From the IMG/VR virus record IMGVR_UViG_3300012280_000034, positions 299-64,298 of that record: 64,000 bases of DNA; one strand, 5' to 3'. Below the pieces are notes generated by a model. That model did no database searches, was not told where the DNA came from, and was given only the letters and a program-made list of their open reading frames with translations. This stretch comes from a virus (lineage: Duplodnaviria > Caudoviricetes). Within the stretch, counting starts at the first letter, position 1. Every line of letters starts with the position of its first letter. A program made the position numbers and the translations under genes. Shown here in pieces: positions 15,150 through 25,100 of this stretch.

Positions 15150-16520
15150 ATGAGTAAATTTGGAACGCCAACAGATGAACAGCTAACTAAAATAAATAAG
15201 CTTGCAAAAAGAACCTTGCTGGCAGAAGAGGTTTTTATTTTTACCGGAAAATCTGCTGGCGATATGATGATACCTAATAGGTATACAAAAATAAGTCCTG
15301 AACTACTTCAAATTATGGTTGATGATGCTAAAAAAGGCGTGTCCTTTATGCTTAATCATAATTGGAGTAATTGGGGTGGTATTCAAGGTGTGCCTTATGG
15401 GAAGGTATTTGACGGAAGAATAATTGACAGTTTAGAAGAAGGTGAAAGCAAGGCTTTATATCTTGATAAGTACATTTTTAGAGATGACGAAGTTACAGAC
15501 GGTATATCGGCTAATTCGTTGATTAAAAAAATAGAATCTGGAATCCTATCTGATACGTCAATTAGTTTTAGCACCGACATAATGAAATGCTCCATATGCG
15601 GTGAAAATTATTATGGCGGCAAATGTCGGCATTGGAAGGGCGTAAAATATGAGATGGGAGATGGAACGCAGAAAACATGTACTGTTACTGCGATGCCGCC
15701 TACTACAATAATACCTTACAATAACAACGCTTTATACGAAGAATCCATTGTATGGGACGGGGCTTATCCTGGGGCTGTAGTTTCCCAATCTAAACACGGA
15801 GATATAATTGAATTGCCTACAGGCAATTTTTCTATTTTAGAGAGTAAAGAAGAGTTGCCAGAAAATACATTATTTTTAAATAAGTATCATAACGGTGATT
15901 TGCTTACTTTAGTAAAAAAGTCTGAACATAAAAAACTTTACAATTTAGGCGAAATTGAAAAGCCAAAAAACGAGAAATTGAAAGGAGCTGAAAAGTCAGT
16001 GAATGAAAAATTAAAAACAATGTTAACTTCATTTGGTTGGAGTGCTGAAGAAATTCAGAATCTCGGAGTCGATGAAACGAATAACTTATTAGACAAGTTA
16101 GCTGAAAAATGGGATAGCGTAGTAGAATCAATTCAAGCTTCAGCTGAACCATTGAATGCGGAAGGACCGACCTTGTCTGAAGGTGACGTAGTATTTCCAT
16201 CGAAATACATGGAAAAAACCTTCGGTAGATCTCTATCCAGCGAGCAATTAAAAAAATTCGTTAAAGAGGGGCAGGAATATCACAAAACCCTGTCGGATGA
16301 TGCAATATCAATGGGTGTTCGTGCTATGGGAAATGACTTTCCTAAAGAAACTTGGGAACAGAGTTTCGCCAATATGGAAACTAAATCAATTAAAGATATC
16401 ATGAAAACATGGGAAATACAGGCTAATGCAAGCATTCCGTCCGGAAGAAAAACGAATCCTGAGAACCCAAGTATTTCTACAAACTCTCAGGCGTTGCCTG
16501 ATGAAGCATTCAGGGTTTAA
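15150..16520 (+). CDS. Prohead protease/scaffold protein
   Basis: Position after portal; LNHNW and YEESIVWDGA protease-like segments; helical C-terminus. Confidence 0.6.
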   Translation: MSKFGTPTDEQLTKINKLAKRTLLAEEVFIFTGKSAGDMMIPNRYTKISPELLQIMVDDAKKGVSFMLNHNWSNWGGIQGVPYGKVFDGRIIDSLEEGESKALYLDKYIFRDDEVTDGISANSLIKKIESGILSDTSISFSTDIMKCSICGENYYGGKCRHWKGVKYEMGDGTQKTCTVTAMPPTTIIPYNNNALYEESIVWDGAYPGAVVSQSKHGDIIELPTGNFSILESKEELPENTLFLNKYHNGDLLTLVKKSEHKKLYNLGEIEKPKNEKLKGAEKSVNEKLKTMLTSFGWSAEEIQNLGVDETNNLLDKLAEKWDSVVESIQASAEPLNAEGPTLSEGDVVFPSKYMEKTFGRSLSSEQLKKFVKEGQEYHKTLSDDAISMGVRAMGNDFPKETWEQSFANMETKSIKDIMKTWEIQANASIPSGRKTNPENPSISTNSQALPDEAFRV

Positions 16521-16548
16521 AAAAGCAAATAAACAAGGAGATAAAATC

Positions 16549-16722
16549 ATGCAAGATTTTACTAAAAATGTATTGACAAAAAGGGTGGATTATTTAAGAA
16601 GTACCATAAAGGTTGAAGAAGAAAATATTCAGTACCTTGAAGTCAAGCTTAATGAATCTAAGGCGGCTAAACAGCGGCTTGAAGAAGAATTAAATGCAAT
16701 TGAAAGCGATATAAGCAAATAA
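16549..16722 (+). CDS. 57-aa coiled-coil protein
   Basis: AAGGAG SD; heptad pattern. Confidence 0.6.
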   Translation: MQDFTKNVLTKRVDYLRSTIKVEEENIQYLEVKLNESKAAKQRLEEELNAIESDISK

Positions 16723-16729
16723 ACTAATT

Positions 16730-16751
16730 ACCGCAAATTAAGCGGTTTTTT
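16730..16751 (+). terminator. Terminator-like hairpin upstream of the capsid genes
   Basis: ACCGC-AAATTAA-GCGGT followed by TTTTT. Confidence 0.5.
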
Positions 16752-16792
16752 ATTGCCAAAATATTAAAAATCATGAAAGGAAGTGTTTATAA

Positions 16793-17191
16793 ATGGCAAG
16801 AGGTGGATTAAGTTTTGAAGGAATAGGCGCAACTTCAACAAGCTATCGTGCTGGAAGTGCGATTAAAGCAATTGTTGAGGCTAATGACAGAGATTATGTT
16901 GTAAATATGGCCGTAGCCATTAGTGGTGCTGCTACAGCAGATTTTGGAGCTGATGGAGATGCACTATTAGGGTTTGTTGATGTATTTGAAAATGATGGAT
17001 ATATAGGTGTTCAAGACAGAGGATATAGAATTGAGGTTCCTACGGTGAGCTCTTCACCTACTGTTGGACAAATAGCTGTAGTTGATGGCGCCGGGAAAGT
17101 AAAAGGTGTTGCCAACACAAACAAGCTTAGAAGTCCTATATTTGTGGAAGTTGATGCAACAGCAAAAACAGCAACCGTATTTTTAGGTTAA
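16793..17191 (+). CDS. Head decoration/cement protein
   Basis: Ala/Gly/Val-rich 132 aa immediately before the capsid gene. Confidence 0.6.
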   Translation: MARGGLSFEGIGATSTSYRAGSAIKAIVEANDRDYVVNMAVAISGAATADFGADGDALLGFVDVFENDGYIGVQDRGYRIEVPTVSSSPTVGQIAVVDGAGKVKGVANTNKLRSPIFVEVDATAKTATVFLG

Positions 17192-17211
17192 TTTGAAAGG
17201 AGAATGATGCT

Positions 17212-18300
17212 ATGAACAAAATAACATTACAAAACATAAATATGGATACTTATAGAGAGGCTTCTTCCAAAGGATTGACCCTCTCTTCTTATTTGGAAAT
17301 GAATGATCCTTCACCCGAAGATAGCAAAATTGATGCATTCGGAAGACTCTTGAAAGAAGCTGGAATAATTACTCAGTCGATTGCCGATAAAAATATATTC
17401 GCTTCAACTGTAGAAGCTTTTTACAGAACTGACGAAAATAAGGCTCTGTTTCCGGAATATATTGCAAGAACACTCATAAAAGCAATGAATGGCTTTCCGC
17501 TTTACAAGTACTTAGTTGCAACAAGAACACCTATCGATAGCAACGTTTATAAAGCATCGTACTTGGATTTAGGAGATGCTAAAAACAAGAAAGCGCTTGA
17601 AATGAGAAGAGTAACCGAAGGCTCTGATTTACCAGTAGCTAAATTAAAGCTTGGAGAAAGTGCAATAACTTTCTACAAATACGGTAGAGCTGTAGAAGCT
17701 TCTTACGAAGTTCTAAGAAGAGCAAGTCTTGATTTTGTCAGAAGACAAATCGGCTGGATAGCAAGTGAAGCAGCTAATAATAAAGTTTCAGAAATATTGT
17801 CTGTAATTAAAGATGGCGACGGAAACAATAATGCCGCACCTTCACACAAAGCAAGCGACATCGTGAGCGGTTCAACAAAAATCACTCGTGATGTATGGGT
17901 AAAATTCTTATTGAAATTTTATCCTAATGGGGCAAATACAGTTGTTGCAAATGAAGATGGATTACTTCAGATACTTGAAGTACTTTATCCGAAATTTGAA
18001 GTTGCGGGAAAAATGGACGAGCTGCTTACTGACGGCTTGAATGTAGAGACTATACTACCGCAGAATCTAATTGCAAGAACAACACTGTTGTACAGCCCTA
18101 ATGCTGAGAAAATTGGCGGAAAAGAAGCTGTGTATGCTATCAATAGGGAGAACTGCATTGAAGAACTTGTTGAGATTGGGTCCACTATTCAGGAAGCGGA
18201 TAAGTTCATAAAGAATCAGACTAACCTATTGACAATATCTGAGAACAGTGGTTTCAGAAAGATGTTTGTTGACTCAGCAAGAATATTGACTATTGAATAA
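17212..18300 (+). CDS. Major capsid protein (HK97 fold probable)
   Basis: 362 aa; position; LFPEYI and KYGRAVEASYE segments typical of MCPs. Confidence 0.8.
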   Translation: MNKITLQNINMDTYREASSKGLTLSSYLEMNDPSPEDSKIDAFGRLLKEAGIITQSIADKNIFASTVEAFYRTDENKALFPEYIARTLIKAMNGFPLYKYLVATRTPIDSNVYKASYLDLGDAKNKKALEMRRVTEGSDLPVAKLKLGESAITFYKYGRAVEASYEVLRRASLDFVRRQIGWIASEAANNKVSEILSVIKDGDGNNNAAPSHKASDIVSGSTKITRDVWVKFLLKFYPNGANTVVANEDGLLQILEVLYPKFEVAGKMDELLTDGLNVETILPQNLIARTTLLYSPNAEKIGGKEAVYAINRENCIEELVEIGSTIQEADKFIKNQTNLLTISENSGFRKMFVDSARILTIE

Positions 18301-18323
18301 ACCTTGAAAGGCGGTGAACGCCA

Positions 18324-18758
18324 ATGGACAATAAAATACTAACTGACGAAGGATGGGAGCAGAGAATCAGAGATAAATTAGGGGTAGATGTAGAATATCT
18401 ACCCGACTCTGTCCTGCAACAACCTGATTGTATAACAGTTGCAGAAACAAAAATTATAAATAGAGTGCCCGACTATATTTCTATTCCAAGTGATAGCAAA
18501 GTCATGCTTGAATACGTCGTTGTCCTGCAGTGTTGTGTATTGCTTTGTGACGGTATGCCCTCTCGCCTACCTAAAAAGCAATCAGGCCCTCATGAAAGCT
18601 ATGAATTGGAAACAGAATGGAGCAATAGAAAAGCAACACTCAAAGATGAACTTGACGAAACTATTCAAGGGATTATTGATGATAATTTCCCTGAATTTAG
18701 CGGCATATTTAGACCTGTATTCACTATCACATATCCTAAAAGGGAGTGGGAGCAATGA
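18324..18758 (+). CDS. Head-tail connector/adaptor
   Basis: Position after MCP. Confidence 0.6.
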   Translation: MDNKILTDEGWEQRIRDKLGVDVEYLPDSVLQQPDCITVAETKIINRVPDYISIPSDSKVMLEYVVVLQCCVLLCDGMPSRLPKKQSGPHESYELETEWSNRKATLKDELDETIQGIIDDNFPEFSGIFRPVFTITYPKREWEQ

Positions 18759-19336
18759 GTTCATATGCTAATAAATTCATTCGGTCACGCGGTGAGGATG
18801 CTATAATCAAAAGAAATCCTGAAGTTAATACAAAAGTTTCAATAAAGCGCTCTACAAGAGCGGCAAGAGACTTAGGTATAAGAGAGGCGTATTGGGAGGG
18901 CTTGATTCCTCGTTTAAGCAATGTTTTAAGTGGGGAATATATTTTAGTCCGCGATAACACTTACCTCGTACAATCAGCTAATAACGACCCTGCTTCATTA
19001 GAAAGGGCATTCTTTGCTACAAAATGTAATTGTATTATTCATCACAAACAACAGGAAGAAACGGTTGACGAAGATTATAACGTTGTAGTCAATTGGAAAG
19101 ATAAAAATACCAACGTTTCATCTTACTGCGAGATTATAACTTACAGATTAAGACAGGAAGACCCTGGATTACTTGAAAGTACAAAATATACTTTTCAAGT
19201 ACCTAAATCATTAGAAGTAAAATTATTGGATAGGTTTGTTTACAACGGTGAGAATTATCAAGTTGATTCGATTGACGACACTGGAATGAGCGGAGTTGTA
19301 CGCTGTCAAGTTTCTATTGATGTGAGAGAAGATTAA
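18746..19336 (+). CDS. Head closure-like virion protein
   Basis: Position; beta-rich; ends RCQVSIDVRED. Confidence 0.5.
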   Translation: MGAMSSYANKFIRSRGEDAIIKRNPEVNTKVSIKRSTRAARDLGIREAYWEGLIPRLSNVLSGEYILVRDNTYLVQSANNDPASLERAFFATKCNCIIHHKQQEETVDEDYNVVVNWKDKNTNVSSYCEIITYRLRQEDPGLLESTKYTFQVPKSLEVKLLDRFVYNGENYQVDSIDDTGMSGVVRCQVSIDVRED

Positions 19337-19350
19337 AGCAAATTGGAGGT

Positions 19351-19725
19351 ATGGCTATGTATAAAGAATATTTAGGGGATGGATATCACGACAAAATCAG
19401 GAAGATGCTTACGGTAAAGGAAGATTTACTCCCCAACCGAATAATTGATGCGGATGCCAATATAGGAGCAATGAAAAGATTAATTGCTCCGGCATTGGAG
19501 AAAATGAATATGCTCGGTAAGGGCATTCAAACAGAAGAAAGATATAAAAAACTATCTGATATTGGGGTTTATTACCTTTGCGGAATATTATGTAATGCAA
19601 TGAAAAGCCGTACCTCTGTCCCGCCATACAACGCCCCAAAATACAAGAAAAACTGGGACAAGAAGCAGAAAGGTTATATGCTTAAAGGAAATCAGTTAAT
19701 ACAGGAGCTGATGTCCATGGGATAA
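19351..19725 (+). CDS. Neck/connector-like virion protein
   Basis: Position; resembles the 18324 ORF (IRKML...LPNRII). Confidence 0.5.
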   Translation: MAMYKEYLGDGYHDKIRKMLTVKEDLLPNRIIDADANIGAMKRLIAPALEKMNMLGKGIQTEERYKKLSDIGVYYLCGILCNAMKSRTSVPPYNAPKYKKNWDKKQKGYMLKGNQLIQELMSMG

Positions 19726-19769
19726 AGTCTGACAGTCAAGGCTGCATTAATGCTCTTAGAAAAGAATTA

Positions 19770-20258
19770 ATGTACGCCATGAAGCAACTGCAACAAGAGC
19801 TACTCGATGAAGCAAAATCCAAAATGCAGACTCCGGAAGGCGGTGAAAGTTTAACTGACGGCGAAATTGAAGAACTTGCCAATATAATTAGTGTAACAAT
19901 AGTTGGCGGTGCATGGGCGGCCATGGATGAATTCGGAACAGGCTCACTGATGGATGAAAGCAATCCTTCCCTATTAAGTTATAAGGGCGGCGATTTATGG
20001 AATCCGGCAAGAGCTGATAATAAAATTCGAACAAGACCTGCGGGTCCATATACTGATATATTTGGAAATAAGAAAATCGGACGCGCTCCTATTGCCGGCG
20101 TAGATTTAGAGGCGACTGGTGCATACTCTCCCACCCCCCCATCACATGCGATAAGAGATGCTACAAGATGGATGAAAAATTTCAAAATGCAAAAGACAAT
20201 AAAGAATACTTTAGCATTATTCCCGTTCGGGAAATATATAATAACTAATTTGAAATAA
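19770..20258 (+). CDS. Tail completion-like protein (frame open from 19686)
   Basis: MDEFGTGSLMD resembles HK97 gp10-type E.GT motif; no clear SD. Confidence 0.5.
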   Translation: MYAMKQLQQELLDEAKSKMQTPEGGESLTDGEIEELANIISVTIVGGAWAAMDEFGTGSLMDESNPSLLSYKGGDLWNPARADNKIRTRPAGPYTDIFGNKKIGRAPIAGVDLEATGAYSPTPPSHAIRDATRWMKNFKMQKTIKNTLALFPFGKYIITNLK

Positions 20259-20278
20259 GCCCTTTTATGGGCTTTTTT
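20257..20278 (+). terminator. Internal late-operon terminator
   Basis: AAGCCC-TTTTAT-GGGCTT followed by TTTT. Confidence 0.6.
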
Positions 20279-20292
20279 ATGCCCTAAAGGCG

Positions 20293-20718
20293 GTGATAAA
20301 TATGTTCAATCCTTCAAAGGATTTGACGGCTGTTATAGGCATTTTAATCAATGATGATAAACTTCTTGACCTATTAGACCTTAAGAATAAAGACGTCGGT
20401 GAAAGAGCAAAGAAAATCATCAAACGTAGCACATGGAGCGATTTGGTAACCAATGAAAAACGTCTATGTGTTTATTTCCTACCCGCAAGAAAAACAGGCA
20501 ATATAGTTGTTCGGGAAGAAACTTTGCAAATTGATTGCCATGTCTCAGCTGCTCAAAGCGATAAAGCTTACAAGGTTCAAGAAAGGATTTATGAACTTTT
20601 GCATCATAAAAAAATAAATTGCCGAAATGTTGAGTTTTACGGACAGCTTGGCGAACTTGCCACCATGAGTGGCTTTTTTTGTAGCGGTAGCCGCTACACA
20701 TTTCATAGAATTGTTTAA
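20293..20718 (+). CDS. Tail terminator-like protein
   Basis: Position before the major tail gene; LQIDCHV...AYKVQERIYELLH. Confidence 0.55.
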   Translation: MINMFNPSKDLTAVIGILINDDKLLDLLDLKNKDVGERAKKIIKRSTWSDLVTNEKRLCVYFLPARKTGNIVVREETLQIDCHVSAAQSDKAYKVQERIYELLHHKKINCRNVEFYGQLGELATMSGFFCSGSRYTFHRIV

Positions 20719-20729
20719 AAAGAAAGGAA

Positions 20730-21530
20730 GTGTTTTATATGATACAACCAATAAGGTTTCAAAAAGCAGGAAAAATAATGCTTGTCGGCTACAAATGCGG
20801 AAAGCCCGATAGGAGCGATCCGTCTAATGTAATAGCACGTAATGGCGTCGTTCAACAAATTACACCTAACATAACAATAAACGGCTCTAACATTAGTGAT
20901 GGAAACAGCTTATGGGCTGCTGCCAACCAAGATACTTCAATTGAAGGAAGCGTTGCTGTTCAGTTTGCTTTCTTACCAATTGAATTATATGCGTTTATTA
21001 TGGGGGACAGTACAGAAGAATTGCAAAGTCAAGCTTTTCCTATCATAGACGAAGAGTATGTAATTCCTGAAGTTTCGCCATATACGGTTAAACTCGGACA
21101 GACTCCTATTGCAGACAGCATAATACTTACTGATATAGATGGTGATGTTTGGACTAAGGAATCGTCTCCTGCAAAAGGAAAGTATTCAATTAGTGGTGAA
21201 ACTCTATCTTTTGCCTCTGCTGATGCCGGAACAGCTATATTCATTAACTTTGATTATCAAACAGATGTTGTTAAATTCGGCTTACCAAAAGAGCCAAAAA
21301 GAAAAGCTTGTCAGTTGATAATATCTGGTGAAGCAGCAGGAGAAGATGAAAAACTCTTTAACACCGCTTTGATTGTTGATAAAGCAAAAGTCACAGGAGC
21401 AATTAATCCACCGCCCCAAGGTGGCGAACCTCAACCCGTAACAGTAACATTCAATGTCCTTAAACCAAGAGGACAAAGGCGTGCCGTTGAATACATGGCT
21501 ACGCCTTTGGATGACGGCTGCGGTCAATAA
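20730..21530 (+). CDS. Major tail (tube) protein
   Basis: Position; 266 aa, beta-rich. Confidence 0.7.
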   Translation: MFYMIQPIRFQKAGKIMLVGYKCGKPDRSDPSNVIARNGVVQQITPNITINGSNISDGNSLWAAANQDTSIEGSVAVQFAFLPIELYAFIMGDSTEELQSQAFPIIDEEYVIPEVSPYTVKLGQTPIADSIILTDIDGDVWTKESSPAKGKYSISGETLSFASADAGTAIFINFDYQTDVVKFGLPKEPKRKACQLIISGEAAGEDEKLFNTALIVDKAKVTGAINPPPQGGEPQPVTVTFNVLKPRGQRRAVEYMATPLDDGCGQ

Positions 21531-21554
21531 TTATAACTCAGGAGGTAACATATC

Positions 21555-21878
21555 GTGTCAGTTAAAGATAATTCTCCCACTCCCCTATCAGTGATGATAG
21601 GGCGAGGTGGAAATTTAGAAGCAAAAGGCAAAACATACACCGTTAAACCTATAAAACTAATGGATATTGAAGATTTCATGAAGGATAATTTGAGTTTAGG
21701 AGCTCAATTATTTAATGTATCTGATAAAAAGTCAAGAGATATTATTGACAAGTGGATAACGGGATATTGTCTTGACTCTGAAGGTAATACAGTTAGCCTT
21801 GAAAAGGCATCTATTGATGGTTGGGATGTAGTTGATTTAAAAGAATTTATAAAAAAACTGTGTGATATATCGGGATAA
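21555..21878 (+). CDS. Tail assembly chaperone (G-like)
   Basis: Between the tail tube and tape measure genes. Confidence 0.7.
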   Translation: MSVKDNSPTPLSVMIGRGGNLEAKGKTYTVKPIKLMDIEDFMKDNLSLGAQLFNVSDKKSRDIIDKWITGYCLDSEGNTVSLEKASIDGWDVVDLKEFIKKLCDISG

Positions 21879-21880
21879 AT

Positions 21881-22159
21881 GTGGCTCCTTCTGACAGCGA
21901 TGACAAAGAAAAAACTGAACCTCCTGACTGGGGTGAAATTTATGCCCGATTGCTGTATCATACAGGGATGTGTTATGAAGAAATCGCAAGAAGAACTATT
22001 CCGCAGATAATGGCAATCTTAGAAGGAGCCGGAGAAAACATATCTATTAAACTTGGATTGCCTTATAAAAATGATACTGAAGAACAAGGATTATCCCAAG
22101 AGCCGCCTAAATTAAGTCAATTTGCGGCTTTCGCAAATATGTTTAGTGGCATTAAGTAA
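21881..22159 (+). CDS. Tail assembly chaperone, T-like segment
   Basis: In the -1 frame relative to the upstream chaperone; directly before the TMP gene. Confidence 0.6.
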   Translation: MAPSDSDDKEKTEPPDWGEIYARLLYHTGMCYEEIARRTIPQIMAILEGAGENISIKLGLPYKNDTEEQGLSQEPPKLSQFAAFANMFSGIK

Positions 22160-22171
22160 GGTGGTGATTTT

Positions 22172-25100
22172 ATGGATGATAACAGCATGGTTAAAATTAT
22201 GCAGAGCCTTGGGCTGGACTACAGCCCGGCTATTTTATCAACAAAACAATTCGAGCAGTCAATTGAAAGTTTAAATAAACAATTATTAGGAATGAAAGGC
22301 ATTGCTATACAGACCGCAAAGGATGTAAGCAATGCCTTTTCTTCTCAAATGGGCGGTGCGGTTGGCAGTAAAACAATTGTAGACCAATATGGAAATGCTT
22401 TTAAAACAATTCAAAACGAATCTGTGAAAATGTCTGAGTCGCATATTAGAATATCAAATGCCGCCAAGCAACACAGTCAATCCGTAGAAGATGTAAAAAA
22501 TCAATATGACATGCTTGGCAATGAATTTCAAAGACGTGCATCATGGTTCATAACTGGCGGAATGTTCTACGGTGGCATAAAGGCTGCCAAGGAAACTGTT
22601 TCATCAATCAAAGATGTTGAGATGGGAATGGTAGAAATTGCACGTGTTATGGAAGATTCGACATTCAGATTTAATGGTTACAGAGACCAATTGTTGCAAT
22701 TAGGTGTAGATTATGGACAATCTTTTGATAATGTTCAGGATATCGCCTTAAGATGGGCTCAAGCGGGATACAACGTCAAGGATAGTTTAGATTTAACAAG
22801 AACCTCTCTGTTAGCTTTAAATACAGCCGAACTTGACGCTTCGAATGCAACAGAATCTATGATTGGTATTATGTCTCAATGGAACATGACAGCAAGCGAA
22901 TTACCGTTACTTATGGATAAAATCAATAAAACTGGCGACGACTTCACGGTAACTTCCCAAGATTTAGTTGACGGGTTACTACGTTCTTCAAGTGCTGCAA
23001 AGATAATGAACATGAATGTTGACGAAACAATAGCTCTTTTAACTGTTATGCGTGAAGCAAGCGGACGTACTGGGCGTGAAGTTGGTAATGCACTAAACAG
23101 TATATTAAGCTATATTCAACGCCCTAAATCAATTGATACTCTTGAAAGCATGGGAATTACCGTTTTCGCTGATGAAGCAGGAACTCAATTTAGAAATGTG
23201 ATGGAGATTTTCCAAGATGTTGCATCTAAATGGAATACTGCAAGCGATGAGATAAAAGACGGCTTTGTATCTGCTGCTGACGATGCTGGCTTGTTTAGCG
23301 AAGAATTGGCAACAGCTTTGGGATTGCAAGAAGAATGGAATGACATACAAGCACGTGATATAGCTCAAGCTTCAGCTGGTGTGTATAGAAGAAACTATTA
23401 CATTGGTATGATTGAAAGACTTTCAAATGCTCAAAATGTTTTGAATGGTTTAACAAATGCGGCTGGTTACTCTCAATCTGAAAACGCAAGAACGATGGAC
23501 ACTCTCGAGAAAAAATATCAATCATTGCAAACCTCAGTTACACAATTAGCTGTTGCGTTGGGTGATGCCGGATTACTTGATGTTTTGAAAAATATCACTG
23601 ATAGTGCCGTAAGCGTAACGCAAGCCATTGGCAACGTTGATGATGAAGGGAAAGCCTTAATATTAACCGTACTTGAAATAACGGCTGCAGTAACCGCATT
23701 AAAGGGTGTAGCTGGACTATTTACAACAAAAAATATCTTATTCGGAACTGCGGAAGCCGCGGCATTATTACCAGGATGGTTGAAGCTACTCGCCATAATC
23801 CCAGCGGTTATTGCAGGAATATCACTATATAATAATAACTTAAACAGCGCCAAGTTTTCTTCGGATGATTTTATTAAGAAACAACAGACTTTAGTAAAAA
23901 ATTATGAATCTCAGGTTAAAGCTACCGAAGAAACTGCAAAAATCATGGAAGTTGAAGCAAAAACAGCGGAATTACTCGCTGATAAGTTGGAAACTCTCAA
24001 TCAAAAAGAAAGCCTTAATGTTTCTGAAAAGGCACAATTAAAAGATATAACCGAGAAACTCAATAGCACTTTTCCACAACTTGGACTTGCTATAGATGAA
24101 CAAACGGGTAAAGTTATCGGAAACACATCCGCTATTTATGACAATATTGCAGCATTGAGAGAACAGGCTATAGCTCAAGCCTATCAAGCTAAAATGCAAG
24201 CAACAGCAACGGCCTATGTTGAACAAGAAATGCTTTTAGGACAGACGAAGAGCGAAATTGACTTAGCCAAAGGCGATATTGTTTCACTCTCAGGAAACAA
24301 GTTTAACAACTATCAAGACTATTTGGCTGAAGCTGCAGAGCTGAAAAGTAAAGCAGAAATGCAAAATTGGGGAAAGCGCACATTGACACTCCGACAACTT
24401 GAACTGAGAAAAAAATACGGCATTGTTGAAGCTGAGACAGAGATAAACAAAAGATTTGATGAGGTAAATTCTTTAGAAAAGCTTGCTACTGAGCAGGAAG
24501 TTAGACTAAAAGAGTTGGATGATGAACTGCAAGATTGGATGAATAAAGCTGTTGAAACAGCCTCAAATGTCTCTAAAACCGATTATGTTCCAAGCACTTC
24601 ATCTCCTAAATCAGGTTCGACTTCTGGAAGTACTTATAAAAACCCTGCTTTAAGCGAAGCGTTGAAAGTCCTTGACTACAAAAAATATATCAACAAGCTG
24701 ACTACTGAGGAAGAAATTGCAACGCTTAATGAAATAAAAGCAAATCATGTTAAAACTGCCGATGAGTTAATGGATATCAATAAGCGCATTTATTCAGCCG
24801 AAAAGCAATTGGAGCAAGACAAAAAAGATGAATCCGAAAAGACATACAAGGAAGAAATCAACAATATTCAATACATGGCAAGACTTGGTATATATAGCGT
24901 TCAGCAACAAATTGATGCGTTTAAGGAACTCTATTCCATAAAAATAGATGGATTAGACAATGAGCAAGAACGAATTGAGAATTTATTTAGTCTTTATAAA
25001 CAATTGTTGTCGGAAGAACAGAAGAAGATTAAGGACGCTTACGATGAAAGGCTAAAACTCATTGACGAAGAAGCGGACAAAAAGAAAAAGGCTCGTCAGG

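Noticed and set aside
21851-21857. A-AAA-AAA slippery heptamer as the chaperone frameshift site
   Set aside because: The -1 frame reads ACT GTG TGA and stops before reaching the downstream ORF.
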